Shown piece after piece: positions 1 through 10,871 of a stretch of DNA of 64,000 nucleotides. The position numbers and the translations under genes are program-made. Below the pieces are notes generated by a model that was not told the DNA's origin, did not search any database, and saw only the letters and a program-made list of their open reading frames with translations. The number at the start of each line of letters is the position of its first letter. Within the stretch, counting starts at the first letter, position 1. The DNA comes from Antedon mediterranea (taxonomy: Eukaryota; Animalia; Echinodermata), in the NCBI RefSeq assembly GCF_964355755.1, contig NC_092674.1, forward strand, positions 8,804,001 through 8,868,000, read 5' to 3'.

Positions 1-550
1 GGGGGAACTTCTGTAAAACAAATGAAAGACAATATATTTTGTACTACTGGACAATTTTGTTGAGATTCTATCATTTGTTTCTTTCTTTGAAAACCAAAAA
101 CAATACCGGGGATGGCTTCTTTCAATAGTTTACTAGGGTTCAGTGACCTTAACTTCACCGGTCAATTCCCTTCTTCTGCATATTAATGGGTTGCTCGTTA
201 ATGATACTTAATTATGTAAAACTTCATTCAACCTAGATGAATTATTAACAGTTACTTCATTATTTTTGCACAAATTTAGTTTATGTAAATATTTTGATTA
301 GGTTTGGCTCATATTTAAAACATGAATATAGTTCCTCCTACTTAGTTTAAATTATGAATAAGGTAGTACTGTATTGGGGATTGTGATGATAAAAAATGTT
401 TGACTGAATGATCACATCTCTGGCTAGAAGAACTTTAGACATCTATTATAGTGGTTGTCTCCGCCCACTCGCCCAAGCACATCCATTTTCCATACATACT
501 ATATGTTTTTCTTTCATGGGAGTAACGAATGTTCATCCTTCTTGAATACT

Positions 551-1158
551 AACTACAACGACACTCCGAGAGTGCATACCTCCGCCTACTGTAAAATTCT
601 ACATAAGATTTTACAGAAAAAAAATTTTTTTTTTTAAATTGTTGTGTCTCAATATAATGCTGTCTGTGATTTAGGCTAATTTCACTACAACCATGTGTAT
701 GCGAATTTGGTGTAATGATTATGTAACCAGCCTTCAACTAACAATAGTTTCAGTTGACTAACAATAGAACAGCAACGCCAAAAACAAACGGGTGAATTTT
801 AAAAGAAATAGGTTTTTTAAAACTACTTGTATCAAAACACCAGTACATTTAAATCAAATTATGTTTTTAAATTACAAATCATAACTCTTGCCTGTTTTTG
901 GACAAGTAGTTCTCGGCTTTTGAAAAGTTTTTCCTATCTTTTAACACTAGCAAGTCTGAAAACGATATTTAAAAGTGGTCCAAAATTCGGACAATAGTCG
1001 GGATTGCCTCCAAAATTTAATGGAGTGGTCCATGACCACATATCTATCAGTAGTTTCATTTCGGTAAATATCTTGCAATAACTTTTTGAGTAATCCTCCT
1101 AACAAACAAACTGACAAACACATGCGATGACTACATACACCTCTTTGGCGGAGGTAAA
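551..1158. mobile_element. Non-autonomous Helentron-associated (HINE/DINE-1-like) element
   Basis: Left hairpin CACTC-cga-GAGTG next to sub-terminal TACCTCCGCC (577-586). Its inverted copy GGCGGAGGTA (1147-1156) lies inside the terminal hairpin ACCTC...GAGGT, preceded by an (ACAA)n-like tract. Confidence 0.65.
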
Positions 1159-1417
1159 TAATTGCTAAAGTTATTTAAAGAACAAAAGAAAAACATAGCA
1201 CCTAATGATTAAAGAGATATTTTGTTATCTCCATCATGAAAAAATCTTTTGTATGATAAAATAACCAGCATCTTCATATATTTATTTAGTTTTACATCAT
1301 CAATATCAACATGCACTTTGTACTGGATTAGAAATTGTTATATCAATCAATATTTATCACATTCTTGAGCATGCTATAGATACATTAATGTTTATGAAGT
1401 TCTTTTCATTTCTTTAG

Positions 1418-1542
1418 GGCATTAGCGGTGGTAATTTTCAGGAAATTTTTAAAGGATCCCAAAAACAGTACCGTTATACAAAGCTTCAACCAGCAACAAA
1501 ATATTCCTTCCAATTAAAAGCTGTTAACGAATTCGGAGAAAG
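1418..1542 (+). CDS. FNDC3A: FNDC3 exon (GISGGNFQEIFKGSQKQYRYTKLQPATKYSFQLKAVNEFGES)
   Basis: tctttag|GGC...AG|gtatag; FN3 strand pattern. Confidence 0.88.
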
Positions 1543-4500
1543 GTATAGTAATCAATACTAATCAATACCCACCACAGAGAGTAGATTCAAATGTCATTTA
1601 AAAACTTCCCAGTACAATTCTGGACATTTTGATACCAATTTTGGCTAAAATATAACATAATTTAATTCATTTTTTTTTTTGCAGTGATTATAGTTCAACA
1701 ATACATTGCTACACGTCTGGTACGGTTCCCGCAACTCCTGAAGCTCCCTCACTCAAAGAAGCTGGCATCAGTCATTTAGAATTATCATGGCCGCCGGTGG
1801 AAAGTGATGTCACAAGATATACTCTACAATTGGATGACCAAACAAATGTAAGACTTTTTTATTCTGTGCTCTCAACTACTACGGAACAGTACGACAACTT
1901 TGGTCCAATTACAGACATACAGAATACAAACTACATAAATGATGATTTCACATAAAATTATGGAAAACACCTGGCAAAGCACAATAATTACGGTTGAATT
2001 AATGACCAACTCCACAAACAGCTCTGCTTCCGCGAGTGTCAAACACAGCATGGTTGCCTTTAGTTTTTATGACTTGCTGCAGTCCCAGAAAGCCCATCAG
2101 CCTTCATTAGAAAAGTTCACATTCATTTTGATTCGCTTTAACTGTATTTTGTCTTTTATGTTTAAACTGAATTTGGGGTTGGGTCAACCGGTTCAGCTAC
2201 AGTGATTAAGTTCACTTAGGTTGACCCTGGTCTCCCAAATTTCAATTTTTTTGTTTTTTTATGTACCGGTAAATACTGAAATAGACCGAATAAATAATGA
2301 AATGAAATGCTCCAAAAAATGAGCCCATGCACAGAATGACTGTGTTGACATATAAAAAAAATATGATTACTGAAATTAATTATAGCAAGTTGAGAACTAC
2401 ATATTTCACATTATCAAATAGATTGCAACGTTGAACTCAATATTTGTTTCAGTGTATTTTATTTTGCTTAATGAATAATTTAAACAAATAGTCATATTTT
2501 ATTTTACAACCTGTATTTGTAAATTTTAACAATAGAACAAAGACAATTATATTTGTACCATTTGCTGTGTATATTTTTATGGATGCCATCATAACTTTAT
2601 TTGTTTAATTAGTAATACCAGTAAAAGTAATGATTTTTTAAATTTTTAGAAACATGGTTGGAAAGTGGTTTACAACGGTGAAGAAAATTCGCATATTGTT
2701 ACAAATCTACATCGAAATATGGATTATAGGTTTAGGGTAATTTGACTTAATGTTTTTTTTCTCAAATTTGTATATATTATACTTTTTCCATATCCAAATA
2801 TGTTTTTCCACTCGAGAAAAATTTAGTCTTTATTTGCTCCTCTAAGGATATTTTTAGTACATTAGTGGTGGTATATATATTTCTAAAATTTAACAAAGTT
2901 CCCATTAAAGCATCACATTTAGTCCATGTTCTACAGAAAACTCCATTTATTACAATATTTTATTGCATTTTGAATTTTTTATATAAACAACAATGATTCT
3001 ACTGCATATACTGCAGTACCTACATTTTGTTTTCTTTAACCTGTTGTAATTGTTTACAAAGTTTTTTGGGGGATAATCATGTACCCTGTTTAAAGTGACT
3101 GCCTTATAAACTTCTACTGAAATTGACTAATAAATACATTACTGCAGTAATAATATGCTTGTTACACTTGATGGATGGCATTAACAAAAGTGCTTGATAC
3201 AAAAAATATAACTCAAAATTAAAATGTTAGGTTGCTTGGCTCTGATAACTATAGTAGAATAACTTTGACCTTTGATCCTAATTTTGATTTTTAGTTAATT
3301 GCAAATAACGATCAAGGTGGGAGTTCTCCAAGTGAGCAAGTGACATTTAGGACTAAGCCTGACAAACCACAAGCACCATCAAAGCCAGTTCTTAAGGGAA
3401 AGGTGCACTCGGATTACTTCAAAGTATCATGGGGTAAGAACATTTACATTATAATATCTTTTTTTTTCCTTCTCCAGTTTCCATATCCTAAAGATACAGT
3501 ATAGGAAATCCTAGACTCTCTATATGATGGAGCATTTTGACATGATGAAACCAAAAGATATTATGAATCGCCCAAAATAGAAATTTAATTATTATGTGCC
3601 AACATCTCTATTTGTGTGATTGTATTACATTATTATCTTGTTATCCAACGGTTATAGAAATTAAAAGGAGAAGGAGAAAACAAATACAAAACATTTATTT
3701 TATTCATTTAATCAAGGAATTAAAAGGTGGCGCTCAAATTTTGGCCGTAGTTATAGACGAAGTATGCAAAAGTCACCACCCTGTGTGGCACAACATTCTA
3801 AAACTTTTACATACAAAGCTGCCATGTCATAGAACCATTAAATGGAACGTACAATGGAACTAAATACTAAACAGCATGTGATATAGAATTAAACAATCAA
3901 AGCTGCCATGTCATAGAACCATTAAATGGAACGTGCAATGGAACTAAATACTAAACAGCATGTGATATAGAATTAAACAATCAAAGCTGCCATGTCATAG
4001 AACCATTAAATGGAACGTGCAATGGAACTAAATACTAAACAGCATGTGATATAGAATTAAACAATCAAAGCTGCCATGTCATAGAACCATTAAATGGAAC
4101 GTGCAATGGAACTAAATACTAAACACCATGTGATATAGAATTAAACAATCAAAGCTGCCATGTCATAGAACCATTAAATGGAACGTGCAATGGAACTAAA
4201 TACTAAACAGCATGTGATATAGAATTAAACAATCAAAGCTGCCATGTCATAGAACCATTAAATGGAACGTGCTATGGAACTAAATACTAAACAGCATGTG
4301 ATATAGAATTAAACAATCAAATAAAAAATATATACTCTGACATGTGTGTTATAATATATAATAGAAATTAAATTAAAAGTAGCATGAAATTCCTCTGTAT
4401 ATTAATGATAAGCAGAAGATTCTGGCCAGGGCAAGTTTTTCACTCTTTACTGTTTACCGTTCAATGATAATTAATTCATTTTCTGAAGTTATGAAAGTAA

Positions 4501-7500
4501 GCACCACTCTTAAAAAACTTAAACATTTAGATATAAACCAGAACATTTAATATTGGTAAAGGTCTATACAGTAAGTTATATAATATGTATTTTCAAAAGT
4601 ATGAGTCATTTCATACTTCCCCACAGCATACACAGAAAAATGTACTAAGTTACATACTAACATATTATGTTATAATAAAATATAAAATATTGTTTAGATA
4701 AAAGGGTGGCTTTGCCAGACAATATATCCTATCACGTGGTGATCTGACGATGTCTGGCATTACGCCAGTATGCGTCTGACCAATCATAATTCAATTCTCA
4801 TCCCAAACGCCTTGAATAGATTTCATAGAACAATGGACTCTGAAGACGCTGTAGTCTTACCTTGGATAAATGTCAAAGAGGCCTGGAATGGGTATTCCAA
4901 AATATCTGATAAATATTTAACATGTTGCAACGTAATCTTAGTTGTATAGAAGATGTATATAAAACCCTATTAAGTTTGTGGGCAGGATATTTCATTGCTA
5001 AAGAGGGTGTTGGTCAAGTTTTGTCAAGAGAACTAACTGTTTTCTTAAATAAACTTTTGAACATCTGAAGAATATTTTATTTTGGAGGATGACCTGAAAA
5101 CTAGACTAGAATTTGAGGCCTACCTTAACTCTATATACTGCGTTCTACTTTCTGATTTCTGTAACAGTAAAGGTCATCATTGACTCTTCCTGTATTATAT
5201 CAAAATTAAATTTTTTTTGTAAACTAAATTCTTTTATTTTGGAGGATGACCTGAAAACTAGACTAGAATTTGAGGCCTACCTTAACTCTATATACTGCGT
5301 TCTACTTTCTGATTTCTGTAACAGTAAAGGTCATCATTGACTCTTCCTGTATTATATCAAAATTATATTTTTTTTGTAAACTAAATTCTTTTATTATTTG
5401 TTTACCAACTACACATTAGATCTTGTCTTATTTTAACATAATTTATAAGCCTTGACCATGATCTTGGTTTTCTAACATAGTTTCTCTATTAATTATTACT
5501 AAAATATAAAATCTGAAATATAAAATTTTAATCAATTTTTTTTGTTTAGAACCTCCGAGGGATACTGGTGGTGCTACAGTTACTAAGTACTATTTAGAAG
5601 TTGCAGAGGGCCAAGGTATGTATCATTTACAATTTTAAGTGCAGAAAAATTTTTAATAATGCCATGCGTTAATCCAGTTTTTTCAATCATAAATAATTAA
5701 AATTTTCAGATTGGTAACTCATAAACATTATTTAGCTCTGATAATTTAATTTCATGTGTTAATCCAGAAGTTCACTGTTCTTTCAAGCATAGATAATTTA
5801 AGGTTGCAGAATATTCAGCACTGATTTTTAGTACATAATATTTTATCAATATTCTTTTCTCGTAGATGATAATTGGGTTTTGGTACAGAGTGGACCCGAC
5901 AAGGAAAGAACGTTGAATCATCTGCGTCCGGGAGGAACATATCGGTTACGAGTCTCATGCCAAAGCACAGGTGGTCAAAGTCCAGTAAGTTCAATATAAC
6001 GTTCAATATAACAATCAATTACTCTGGAATTTGTTTTCCGTCCATCAAACAATAACATTAGTCATTCAGTTTAATAGTATTATAATCATATAGTATAGTA
6101 AATTAAATGGTAACAGTACTTTTGTTTGTCAACTTTACCATTTTGTATTACACCTGAACAATAAATACTGATCTAATACTAATTGGAAAATTTGGATAAA
6201 TTTAGCATACAAATTGTTTTAGAGTTTATTCATGTCTACCAACAACTCTTTATTGTACAGGACAGCAGTGCTATTATCAAAATAAATACAATAATAGTTT
6301 TATAATCAGTAAATGATGTTATTAGCGCCTTAAGCAGCAATAATATACAATTTCTTGAGCCATCTAAATTCTCCTTCCAGCCCTCTGATGTATCTACCTT
6401 CACAACTCCTGCTATATGTCCCGGTAAATGTTTTCAACCCAGAGTTCATGGGCGACCCAAAGCCAACCTTGTTAATCTTCGATGGGGTAAGTTTTAGTTA
6501 TTATTATATGAGCCTGCTGATGCATATTTACATAATAATGAATGCATATTTGCATATTTTGAATAGATCTTTTTACATATTAAATGAATGCATATTTTAT
6601 TTGCATATTATGAATAATGGACATTTACCTTTATAAATGAATATTATATTTGCATATTATGAAAGTATATTTGCATATTATGAATGTATATTTGCATATT
6701 ATCAATGTTTATTTACATATTATCAATGTGCATTTACATATTATCAATGTTCATTTGCATATTATTAATGCATATTTGCATATATACATACACTTGCATA
6801 TGTTGTGTAATATAACGTTTGTCATTGTGGTTACCTCACTTTTTGTAGGACCACCAGCTTATGATGGTGGTAGTTCCATCACAAACTACTCAATAGAAAT
6901 GACATCAGCTGATAATGTTGCCAAAGAAGTACATGAGGGCCCAGCCACCTGCCTTGAATGCACGGTAAACGGTCTGCTACCAGGTCGATGGTACACTTTC
7001 AAATTACGTGCCTTCAACAAAGTTGGGGTAAGCAAATTGTCAAAATCAGAATAATTTTATTGATCTCCAAAGGAGAAATTCATTTGCTCTGAGTTAAAAC
7101 AATTAAAATATGTATATATATAAAAATATTATTATCAAAAACTTCACATTGTAATTCATTCATTTTTTTCATTCATTTATTTGGCATCTCAATACATAAC
7201 ATTAAAAATACATCAATAATATATATAATCACCTTAAATATTAAAATACATCAAAAAAGCTAATAAAAATGGCAGAATGATTATTATAAAAAGTATGACA
7301 AAAACAATACATATAGAGAGAAGACATGCCAATAAATATTTAGAAACACACCCCAATACTAACATACGTACGTATTAGATATTAAGGCTCCATTTGAATG
7401 TATTTAAATTTATTGATTAAGATTATTGAGAAAGATTACTTAGCAACAGCTAACTAGTCTCGCTTTTCTTTGTAGACTGGTCATTTTTCTGACCCGTTAG

Positions 7501-10500
7501 AGGTACAAACAGGTTGTGGTCCACCTGAAGCACCATCAGAATTAAGTGTGGAAACCCGGTTATTAGCAACGATGATTTGTGCAACGTGGGAAGAACCTTA
7601 TTCCAATGGAGCTGAAATTACACAGTATCGATTAGAAAAAGCTTGTGAAGAAAATGTGTTTTCGATGGTAAGTAAGAAATTAAAGTAACTGATAATCCAT
7701 GTAAAAGTTTTTAAATTGCATACAATGTTTAGCAGTGTATAAGCAACTTGTTTAAAAACTTAATCTTGACAGGTTTCTTGTGGTAGTCAATGTAGTTGTG
7801 AAGTACGTAATCTTTTACCGGCATCATTTTATCAATTCCGAGTGCAAGCAGTAAATCAAGCCGGAGCAGGACCATTCAGTGCTGTTGCGTCAATAACCAC
7901 TCCACCCTCTGTGCCTGCTCAAGTGTCAAATCTACAGGTTATTGACCACTCCTGTGACTTTTTAACAATTTCGTGGTCTGAACCTAAGAATTTTGGTGCA
8001 GAAATTATAGCTTATAATATTTATATTGGTGATTTACCTGCTATTCACATAGATAATGTAAATGAATACTGTATTGAAGAGCTACAACCAGATACAAAAT
8101 ACAGGTAAGATACCTATAAACCTGATACCTTTGAATATGGTACCAATGAACACTCAATATGGTACCAATGACCATTGAATATGGTGGTACCAATGAACAC
8201 TCAATATGGTCCCATTGAACATGGCACTAATGAACATTGAACATGGTACCAATGAACATTGAATATGGTCCCAATGAACATGGCACCAATGAACACTCAA
8301 TATGGTACAATGAACATTGAACATGGCACCAATGAACATTGAACATTGAACATTGCACCAATGAACATTGAATATGGTACTACTGAACATTGAACATGAT
8401 ACCAATGTACTTTGAACATGGTACCAATGAACATGGTACTAATGAACATTGAACATGGCACTAATGAACATTGAACGTAGTACTAATGAACATTGAACAT
8501 GGTACTAATGAACATTGAACATGATACCAATGTACTTTGAACATGGTACTAATGAACAATGAACATGGTACTAATGAACATTGAACATGGTACCAATAGA
8601 CATTTTACTGACCCATTTTAATATTAAATACAATAAAAAGTTAAATTTGAATATGCATTTCTCATATACTATGTTGTGCACAAGCATGGACATGCACATC
8701 TACCTATTGTATGTATTTTATTAATTAGCAATCTGTATATTTGTTTAGGATACGTGTGAGAGCAGTGAATGATATAGGAGAGGGACCATCTAGTACAATA
8801 TTGAAAGCACAGACAATGCCACTACCTCCAGACCCTCCAAAGTTAGAATGTGTGCTATGTGGACATCAGAGCTTGAAGCTCAAGTGGGGTGATAATATAA
8901 GGACCAGTACAGAGAACATTAACTATACTTTACAAATGGAAGATAAAAGAGGAAGGTGGGTATTTGTCATAGATGTATTAATACATATTCTAGAGAGTCA
9001 ACTACAGTATAACACGAAATTACAACATGGACAGATACCAGCCAATATGCTGCATTACCTCTCGGCTAATCATATACAACTTTTTGACAATCCGCCAGGA
9101 TAGTGTTGTGCGTTTTTTCTTTGCTTGTTGTCGTTTTTTGTAATTTATGCTTTTTGTATTTTTTGTATTTTTTTAAATTTTTCTGGATAATAAATGAATA
9201 TGAATATGAATACGCCAGTTAGAAGTTGCACCCACTACTCTGGTTCACACACTGCTAAACTGGCTTGCCCATATCAAGCATATTTTATATTCCACAGCTA
9301 GAGTGCCCATCTTATAAAATACTAGTAAAAACTTATTTTTATTACAGGTTTTGTGTGGTTTACAATGGTGCTAATATGAATTTTAAGGTTTCCAAGTTAA
9401 CAGAACAGACTGAATATCGATTTAGGATATGTTCAAGTAACAACTCTGGGGACGGTCCTTTCTCAGAGGTACATACATTTTTAACTGGCAAAGCACCTCC
9501 TGGTACAATGAAAGGTAACATACATTTCATTTCTTTATATACATATATAAACACATCGGGCATAGGGCGTATCAATTTGATCTCTGGTGCGTGTGCATAC
9601 AATTGAGGAACTAGTGCTGTTCCGCCGTACTATGTCAAGAATGTTAAAAGAGTTGTTATCCAATCGCGTTTGAACAATACCATGAAAGCCCCAGTAGTCT
9701 AATGGTTAGGACATCTGCATATCAAGCAGAAGGTTCCAAGTTCGAGTGTCGGTTGGGGTGATTTTTTCCCATTCTCACAGATTTCCTCATCTTTATCGTT
9801 TCAATTTACGTACTGTATATATATATATATATATATATATATTCAGGTAAAAAAACAGAACCCACAAAGCCCAAATGGGGATTGGTATATAATATACAGA
9901 GGGACCAAAACATTTTAAAAATCATATAACAAAAAATAACTATGCTGAATGTTACAAAATTTCTGTTTAAAAAAAAAGAAAATAGCTTTCATTAGAATTT
10001 CATTCACACACTAATAGCATATTGGTAGACTTGGGTGAGTAATGTTTCTTTTTTTTTATCATGATATACCCATATTGCATTCAATAACCATTACCATTTA
10101 TGATCCTAGCTCCAAAGGTTGTAAGTGTAACTCCAAGTAGCTGTGAATTACAATGGCAAGAGGTATCTCCATTACAAGATGATACAATATGCTACCATCT
10201 AGAAAATGATTATAATAAGGTAAGAATTATGTTACGGAGGAGACAGACACAGTTATTAAAGAGACAACTTTTGGACAAATAAAAATGCCCCATAACGACT
10301 AGTGTGGCACAGTGTGTACTTATTTATTTTTAATGATGGTAAACACTATCGGGATCCAAAAAGTTTCCACTTAATAGTAATAGGAGTACTTCTAAAAGAG
10401 AGGTTTCACTGTACAATCAAATGTATGCAATTATTCTTTCATTTGGTATGCCATCATATAGGAACTATAATGAATCCACAAACAACTCAACAATTAGTTG

Positions 10501-10871
10501 TCGAATCTAAATAATTCCTCCATGGTCAGGTCTACAATGCACATATAATTATGTTATTGTCTCGATAGGTTTACCAAGGATCCGACAATAAATTCACTTT
10601 AACCAATCTCACTCCAAACACCGAATATCGAGTACGTGTGTGTGCTGTTCGACTATCTGCTGATGACTCGACCGAGCTCATTGGTCCATTTAGTCCAGGA
10701 ACACCATTTACCACACAGCCTCAACCAATTGGAGCGTACAACTCGGATGTCAAGGACATTGAGGAGGCGCAACGACAACCAATGGCCGACGAATTAATGA
10801 TCATCATTTTCATGGTTGTTTTTGTTGTGTTTGCTGCTATTCTTGCTTTTCTGATGGCTAGTTACTCATAA
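1418..10871 (+). CDS. FNDC3A: Fibronectin type III domain-containing protein 3 (FNDC3A/B-like), 3' part of gene: 14 coding exons, 764 aa visible, C-terminal transmembrane anchor; 5' exons lie upstream of the window
   Basis: Exons 1418-1542, 1685-1847, 2650-2736, 3295-3433, 5550-5615, 5866-5984, 6381-6486, 6849-7027, 7476-7667, 7773-8104, 8749-8955, 9348-9514, 10110-10219 and 10569-10871 all have AG/GT borders and compatible phases (2295 nt total). They encode tandem FN3 repeats (e.g. PPAYDGGSSITNYSIEM...GLLPGRWYTFKLRAFNKVG) and end in a hydrophobic tail (IIIFMVVFVVFAAILAFLMASYS*). Family recognised from memory; likely a pro-orthologue of FNDC3A/B. Confidence 0.9.
1685..1847 (+). CDS. FNDC3A: FNDC3 exon (DYSSTIHCYTSGTVPATPEAP...QLDDQTN)
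   Basis: T-tract gcag|...AAT|gtaag; phase 2 to 0. Confidence 0.88.
2650..2736 (+). CDS. FNDC3A: FNDC3 exon (KHGWKVVYNGEENSHIVTNLHRNMDYRFR)
   Basis: ttttag|...AGG|gtaat; 87 nt, phase 0. Confidence 0.88.
3295..3433 (+). CDS. FNDC3A: FNDC3 exon (LIANNDQGGSSPSEQVTFRTKPDKPQAPSKPVLKGKVHSDYFKVSW)
   Basis: ttttag|...G|gtaag. Confidence 0.88.
3814..4321. repeat. Intronic minisatellite, 6 near-identical copies of an 84-bp unit
   Basis: CAAAGCTGCCATGTCATAGAACC... recurs every 84 bp from 3814. Confidence 0.95.
5075..5394. repeat. Direct tandem duplication of about 157 bp (2 copies)
   Basis: TTTTATTTTGGAGGATGACCTGAAAAC... at 5075 and 5232. Confidence 0.9.
5550..5615 (+). CDS. FNDC3A: FNDC3 exon (PPRDTGGATVTKYYLEVAEGQ)
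   Basis: gtttag|...G|gtatg; PPxDxGG FN3 motif. Confidence 0.88.
5866..5984 (+). CDS. FNDC3A: FNDC3 exon (DNWVLVQSGPDKERTLNHLRPGGTYRLRVSCQSTGGQSP)
   Basis: ctcgtag|...CCA|gtaagt; frame differs from the listed ORFs. Confidence 0.88.
6381..6486 (+). CDS. FNDC3A: FNDC3 exon (PSDVSTFTTPAICPGKCFQPRVHGRPKANLVNLRW)
   Basis: ccttccag|...G|gtaagt. Confidence 0.88.
6520..6800. repeat. Degenerate 21-bp minisatellite rich in ATTTGCATATT
   Basis: Repeated TT(T/G)CATATTAT(G/C)AATGT units. Confidence 0.85.
6849..7027 (+). CDS. FNDC3A: FNDC3 exon (PPAYDGGSS...RAFNKVG)
   Basis: ttgtag|...GGG|gtaagc; within ORF 6650-7054. Confidence 0.9.
7476..7667 (+). CDS. FNDC3A: FNDC3 exon (TGHFSDPLEVQTGCGPPEAP...EENVFSM)
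   Basis: ctttgtag|...ATG|gtaagt. Confidence 0.88.
7773..8104 (+). CDS. FNDC3A: FNDC3 exon (VSCGSQCSCEVRNLLPASFYQFRVQAVNQAGAGPFS...LQPDTKY)
   Basis: gacag|...AG|gtaag; includes ORF 7842-8108. Confidence 0.9.
8135..8600. repeat. About 22-bp minisatellite (TGAACATGGTACCAATGAACAT-like)
   Basis: Directly visible tandem units in an FNDC3 intron. Confidence 0.9.
8749..8955 (+). CDS. FNDC3A: FNDC3 exon (IRVRAVNDIGEGPSS...LQMEDKRG)
   Basis: gtttag|...AG|gtgggt. Confidence 0.9.
9348..9514 (+). CDS. FNDC3A: FNDC3 exon (FCVVYNGANMNFKVSKLTEQTEYRFRI...PPGTMK)
   Basis: ttacag|...G|gtaac. Confidence 0.9.
9688..9760 (+). pseudogene. tRNA-like cloverleaf (anticodon position ATC), probably a pseudogene or repeat-borne tRNA cassette
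   Basis: Acceptor GCCCCAG/TTGGGGT, A box TAGTCTAATGG, anticodon stem TCTGC-ATATCAA-GCAGA, B box GTTCGAGT, then a T6 run. Two mismatches in the T-stem (CCAAG/GTCGG). Confidence 0.7.
10110..10219 (+). CDS. FNDC3A: FNDC3 exon (PKVVSVTPSSCELQWQEVSPLQDDTICYHLENDYNK)
   Basis: atcctag|...AAG|gtaag. Confidence 0.85.
10569..10871 (+). CDS. FNDC3A: FNDC3 terminal coding exon (end of last FN3 domain plus TM anchor, stop TAA)
   Basis: cgatag|GTT TAC CAA GGA...; VYQGSDNKFTLTNLTPNTEYRVRVCA...TM helix. Confidence 0.9.
   Translation, partial: VYQGSDNKFTLTNLTPNTEYRVRVCAVRLSADDSTELIGPFSPGTPFTTQPQPIGAYNSDVKDIEEAQRQPMADELMIIIFMVVFVVFAAILAFLMASYS

Noticed and set aside
4712-4760. Hairpin TGCCAGACA...TGTCTGGCA with CTGACGA as pre-miRNA, snoRNA or hammerhead
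   Set aside because: It has a large internal mismatch, no C box and no GAAA partner.
6650-6848. HIINVYL repeat at the N-terminus of ORF 6650-7054 as protein
   Set aside because: It is an intronic 21-bp minisatellite; the real exon starts at the acceptor at 6849, in phase with the previous exon.
8154-8405. Minus-strand ORF with VHW/CSM repeats
   Set aside because: It is the translation of the 22-bp minisatellite.
9688-9760. Functional tRNA-Asp or tRNA-Sec gene
   Set aside because: It has T-stem mismatches and A at position 32; TCA is off-centre in the loop and there is no long variable arm.
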